DNA of 64,000 nucleotides from Candidatus Saccharimonadota bacterium (GTDB lineage Bacteria; Patescibacteriota; Saccharimonadia; Saccharimonadales; UBA10212): NCBI GenBank assembly GCA_013815775.1, contig JACDFN010000002.1, positions 192,717 to 256,716 of the forward strand, read 5' to 3'. Shown piece by piece: positions 61,431 to 64,000 of this stretch (position 1 is its first letter; each line of letters starts with the position of its first letter). The notes under the pieces were generated by a model. It saw only the letters and a program-made list of their open reading frames with translations, ran no database searches and was not told where the DNA came from. The position numbers and the translations under genes were made by a program.

Positions 61431-64000
61431 CTACCTCCTGATTAATTTTTGAAGTTTTTTTCTGAAAAACAAGATAAGATTGACTGCCAGTAGCACCGGC
61501 AGGATGAGCGCCCCAAGACCTGATACTCCAAGAGACGCTACCACGGCAGCATTTAGAATCAGCCACGGAAAGAAGTGTCGTCGCTTAAATCGCCGACGGA
61601 GATATTCGGCACCCAAGTAATAGTAGGGAAAGACTGTAATAACCAGGAAGGTGCTAGAGAGCAGACCACAGACTAAAACTACCACTAGCCCTTCCCAGAA
61701 CGGGCTCAAAATAGCCAGCGGAACCAGCGACGCTACGGCCGTAAGACTAGTGGCAATCAGCGGGCGGAATCGTTCGTGCAGTGCTTCGACCACCGAATCT
61801 ACAGCTCCTTTACCGCTAGCTTTGGCCTGATTGGCAAAGTCCGTAAGCAAAATGGTGTTTTTAATACTCAGCCCAATTAGAGCGAAGAAACCTAGCATGG
61901 TGAAGAAGCTGAAGGCATTGTCGGTAACATAAAGGCCCAGCGTAATCCCGAAAAAGCTGAACGGTATAGCCATGAATATCAGAGCCGGCTGCAGTAGCGA
62001 GCGGAACTGGAAAGCCAGTAGTATATAAATGACAGCCAGTAGTATCGGAAAGGCAATTAGCAGTGTGCCGAAGGATTCTTGATTTTCTTCCTCTTGGCCA
62101 AGATTGAAGTCGAGTACGTCTTCTTTGAATCCATAGCTAGCCAATTTTTTCTTATTAAATTCCTTTTTAATGTCGTCCTGGACAATGCCTACAAGCGTTG
62201 TTATGTCGTCCGAATCGAATTCGGCGCTGACTTCGACATAGCGGTCACCGTCTATCCTATCAACCGCGCCCGGATTGGCAACGGATGTACGGATGATGGT
62301 TGCTTCCTCTCCACTAATGCGCTTTAGTTTGTGGCCATCAAGAAACTTGCTGATATCACCGGCCAACTTGTAGGCGCCCTTTTGGTCGTCTGTTCGGATG
62401 CGCACTCCGAAATCAGCAACTGGAGGGCCCACGTCTAATTGGGCTATGTTGATCTGAGCCTGCTTGAAGTTTTTAAAGGAGCTTTCCAGCTTTTCTATCA
62501 ACTGAGGGGCACGAATGTCGCGTTCATTGTAAGGCGTTAGGTCGATAAATATACTGGCTGACCGGTCACTGCCGGTGCCATAGTAAGAAGCCAGCAGAAA
62601 AGTTTGGCCAAGATCTTTAGTAACTATTTTCTCAGCATCCTGAGCTATCCGGTGGGCATCTTCAATTGTAGTAGCCGGCGGGTAGTCCAACTTAACCAGT
62701 AACTGGTTAGAGTCTTTGCTGGGCGGGAAGATGTTAAACGTCACTTTAGAAAACAGCCAGCTACCGGCGAATATGAATCCAAAGCCGATAATTAGAGCTA
62801 CCGTGCCATTAAGAAGCAGTCTTTTGCCTGAGCCCTTGGCCCAAAGCATGGGCCGGGTTAGGAATCGGGCGATGGCGGCCTCCACGCCTTGAGCTATCTC
62901 CCGCTCGCCGCCGGGACCCATTAGTTTCTCGCTAAGCATTAGGCTTCGGGCAAACCGCGGGATAAATATTAGTGCGACCAAGAGGCTAATAATAAGACTA
63001 AGAATTATGGTTACCGGAATAGCGCGTATGAAGCTGCCTAAAATTCCGCCGACAAACAGCAGCGGAGCAAAGCTTAGGACTGCCGTAGAGGTGGCGGCCG
63101 TCATGGCCCGCCCGACCCTTCTGCTGGCCTCTTTTACCGTGCCACGGGCATCTTTTTTCCGCCGGCGCTGAGCATCAATTGCCTCGACCATGATAATCGT
63201 ATCGTCGACAATAAGCGCCAAGCCCAGTACCAGCGCGAACAAAGTTATAGTGTTAAGGGTGTAGCCAATTAGAAATAGAACCGCTACTGTTGCCGCCAAC
63301 ACCGAAAGCATAGACAAAACTGTGATAATTGCCGGCCTAACCGCGATTACGATAGCACCCACGATAAGTACTGCTATAAGGCCCTCTAGTAGCGCCTGCT
63401 GCAGCTCTTGAATCTGAGATTTTATATCATCCGCGAAAGTGGCACTTATAACTGATTCGTCAGCTTTAAATCGCGGCTGAGCGTTTAGGTCTACTAAGGC
63501 GGCCTGAAGTTTATCGTCAAACTTAAGGATATCGGTACCATTCTTGCTGGTGATACCGATAACTACTGAGTTAAAAAATTTAGACTGGCCCCCACTGCGT
63601 TTTCCATAACGGTCAAAACTAGTCTGGCGTGATTCCTGCTGGCCGGTGGCCGGATTAACTCCGTTAATGAACGGGTCAATAATCGAGATGTCCTGGACCA
63701 TTTCGATATTTTTAGATTTGAGATATTCGACGGCTTCCTCGGCTGAGCGCGCAAGCTCCTGGGTTGTTTTAGTGCCGCTGGGGTCGTAATAAGATATAAC
63801 TACGTCATCACCGCGCTCGGTTATGCCAAAGCGTGGCTTCACGAATTCAACTTCCGCCTGCGGTGGCAAAATCTTTGCCTTTTGGACAGCTTTTTTCAAG
63901 TTTTCAGTTGCCGAATCGGCGTTCGTGCCTTCTTCGTACTGCACGAAGACATGAAAGAAATTAGCTTGAGCGCTGGCCTGGACAGATTTGACGTTCGGCT
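61431..64000 (-). CDS. RND-superfamily efflux permease (AcrB/HAE-like), C-terminal ~855 codons; the gene continues beyond the window end
   Basis: It has a large periplasmic-loop plus 6-TM repeat architecture. The frame upstream of the GTG at 63944 stays open to position 64000 (...PNVKSVQASAQANFFHVFVQYEEG...). Confidence 0.85.
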   Translation of the reverse strand, partial: PNVKSVQASAQANFFHVFVQYEEGTNADSATENLKKAVQKAKILPPQAEVEFVKPRFGITERGDDVVISYYDPSGTKTTQELARSAEEAVEYLKSKNIEMVQDISIIDPFINGVNPATGQQESRQTSFDRYGKRSGGQSKFFNSVVIGITSKNGTDILKFDDKLQAALVDLNAQPRFKADESVISATFADDIKSQIQELQQALLEGLIAVLIVGAIVIAVRPAIITVLSMLSVLAATVAVLFLIGYTLNTITLFALVLGLALIVDDTIIMVEAIDAQRRRKKDARGTVKEASRRVGRAMTAATSTAVLSFAPLLFVGGILGSFIRAIPVTIILSLIISLLVALIFIPRFARSLMLSEKLMGPGGEREIAQGVEAAIARFLTRPMLWAKGSGKRLLLNGTVALIIGFGFIFAGSWLFSKVTFNIFPPSKDSNQLLVKLDYPPATTIEDAHRIAQDAEKIVTKDLGQTFLLASYYGTGSDRSASIFIDLTPYNERDIRAPQLIEKLESSFKNFKQAQINIAQLDVGPPVADFGVRIRTDDQKGAYKLAGDISKFLDGHKLKRISGEEATIIRTSVANPGAVDRIDGDRYVEVSAEFDSDDITTLVGIVQDDIKKEFNKKKLASYGFKEDVLDFNLGQEEENQESFGTLLIAFPILLAVIYILLAFQFRSLLQPALIFMAIPFSFFGITLGLYVTDNAFSFFTMLGFFALIGLSIKNTILLTDFANQAKASGKGAVDSVVEALHERFRPLIATSLTAVASLVPLAILSPFWEGLVVVLVCGLLSSTFLVITVFPYYYLGAEYLRRRFKRRHFFPWLILNAAVVASLGVSGLGALILPVLLAVNLILFFRKKLQKLIRR

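Noticed and set aside
1-64000. CRISPR arrays, tRNA or rRNA genes, IS elements, prophage or integrase genes, and alternative genetic code
   Set aside because: I saw no regularly spaced direct repeats. No cloverleaf-capable segments occur in the intergenic gaps, and no transposase- or integrase-like ORFs are present. TGA clearly functions as a stop (ATGA overlaps at gatA/X/gatB; full-length conserved proteins end at TGA), so code 25 recoding is excluded.

Overview
This is a 64-kb, very gene-dense chromosomal segment from a small-genome bacterium. It holds about 60 protein genes, mostly on the minus strand, with many 1-4 nt start/stop overlaps. Information-processing and core-carbon genes dominate: recG (5' part), tyrS, a class A PBP, radA, clpC (preceded by a CIRCE operator), nusA, pepF, rnhB, rplS, a PilB/GspE ATPase, dnaE, gatCAB and uvrB. 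There is also one tight pentose-phosphate/lower-glycolysis cluster (PfkB-family kinase, fba, split tkt, rpe-like, rpiB, gap, ppa). The rest includes trxB plus a glutaredoxin-like gene, pheST, rmuC, a ZIP/Fur pair, and MFS and RND transporters. I saw no rRNA, tRNA, CRISPR array, transposase or integrase. The repertoire and style fit a CPR/Patescibacteria, Saccharibacteria-like lineage: split transketolase, no biosynthetic operons, tail extensions on housekeeping proteins, and UGA used as a stop. This lineage call is inference only. Four things stand out. (i) At 50.0-53.9 kb, an NDH-2, an RnfD/NqrB-like membrane domain fused to an FNR-type reductase, a signal-less ApbE, and an anchored FMN_bind protein with a DFVSGAT flavinylation motif form a compact, apparently uncharacterised flavin-based membrane electron-transfer module. 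(ii) At 55.6-61.4 kb lies an island of about 10 small secreted, membrane or acidic proteins without recognisable families. Its intergenic regions are long and structured, and it is bracketed by two candidate RNAs, each with its own promoter and terminator: an ~80-nt terminator-containing leader ahead of a DUF378 gene, and an unclassified ~320-nt RNA. (iii) A membrane-anchored mini-protein with an R-x4-H (HEPN-like) motif is translationally coupled inside gatC-gatA-X-gatB. (iv) An unknown 418-aa ORF and a LOG/TIGR00725-like gene are joined to the sugar-phosphate operon. All family calls come from motif recognition by eye; no database search was possible.
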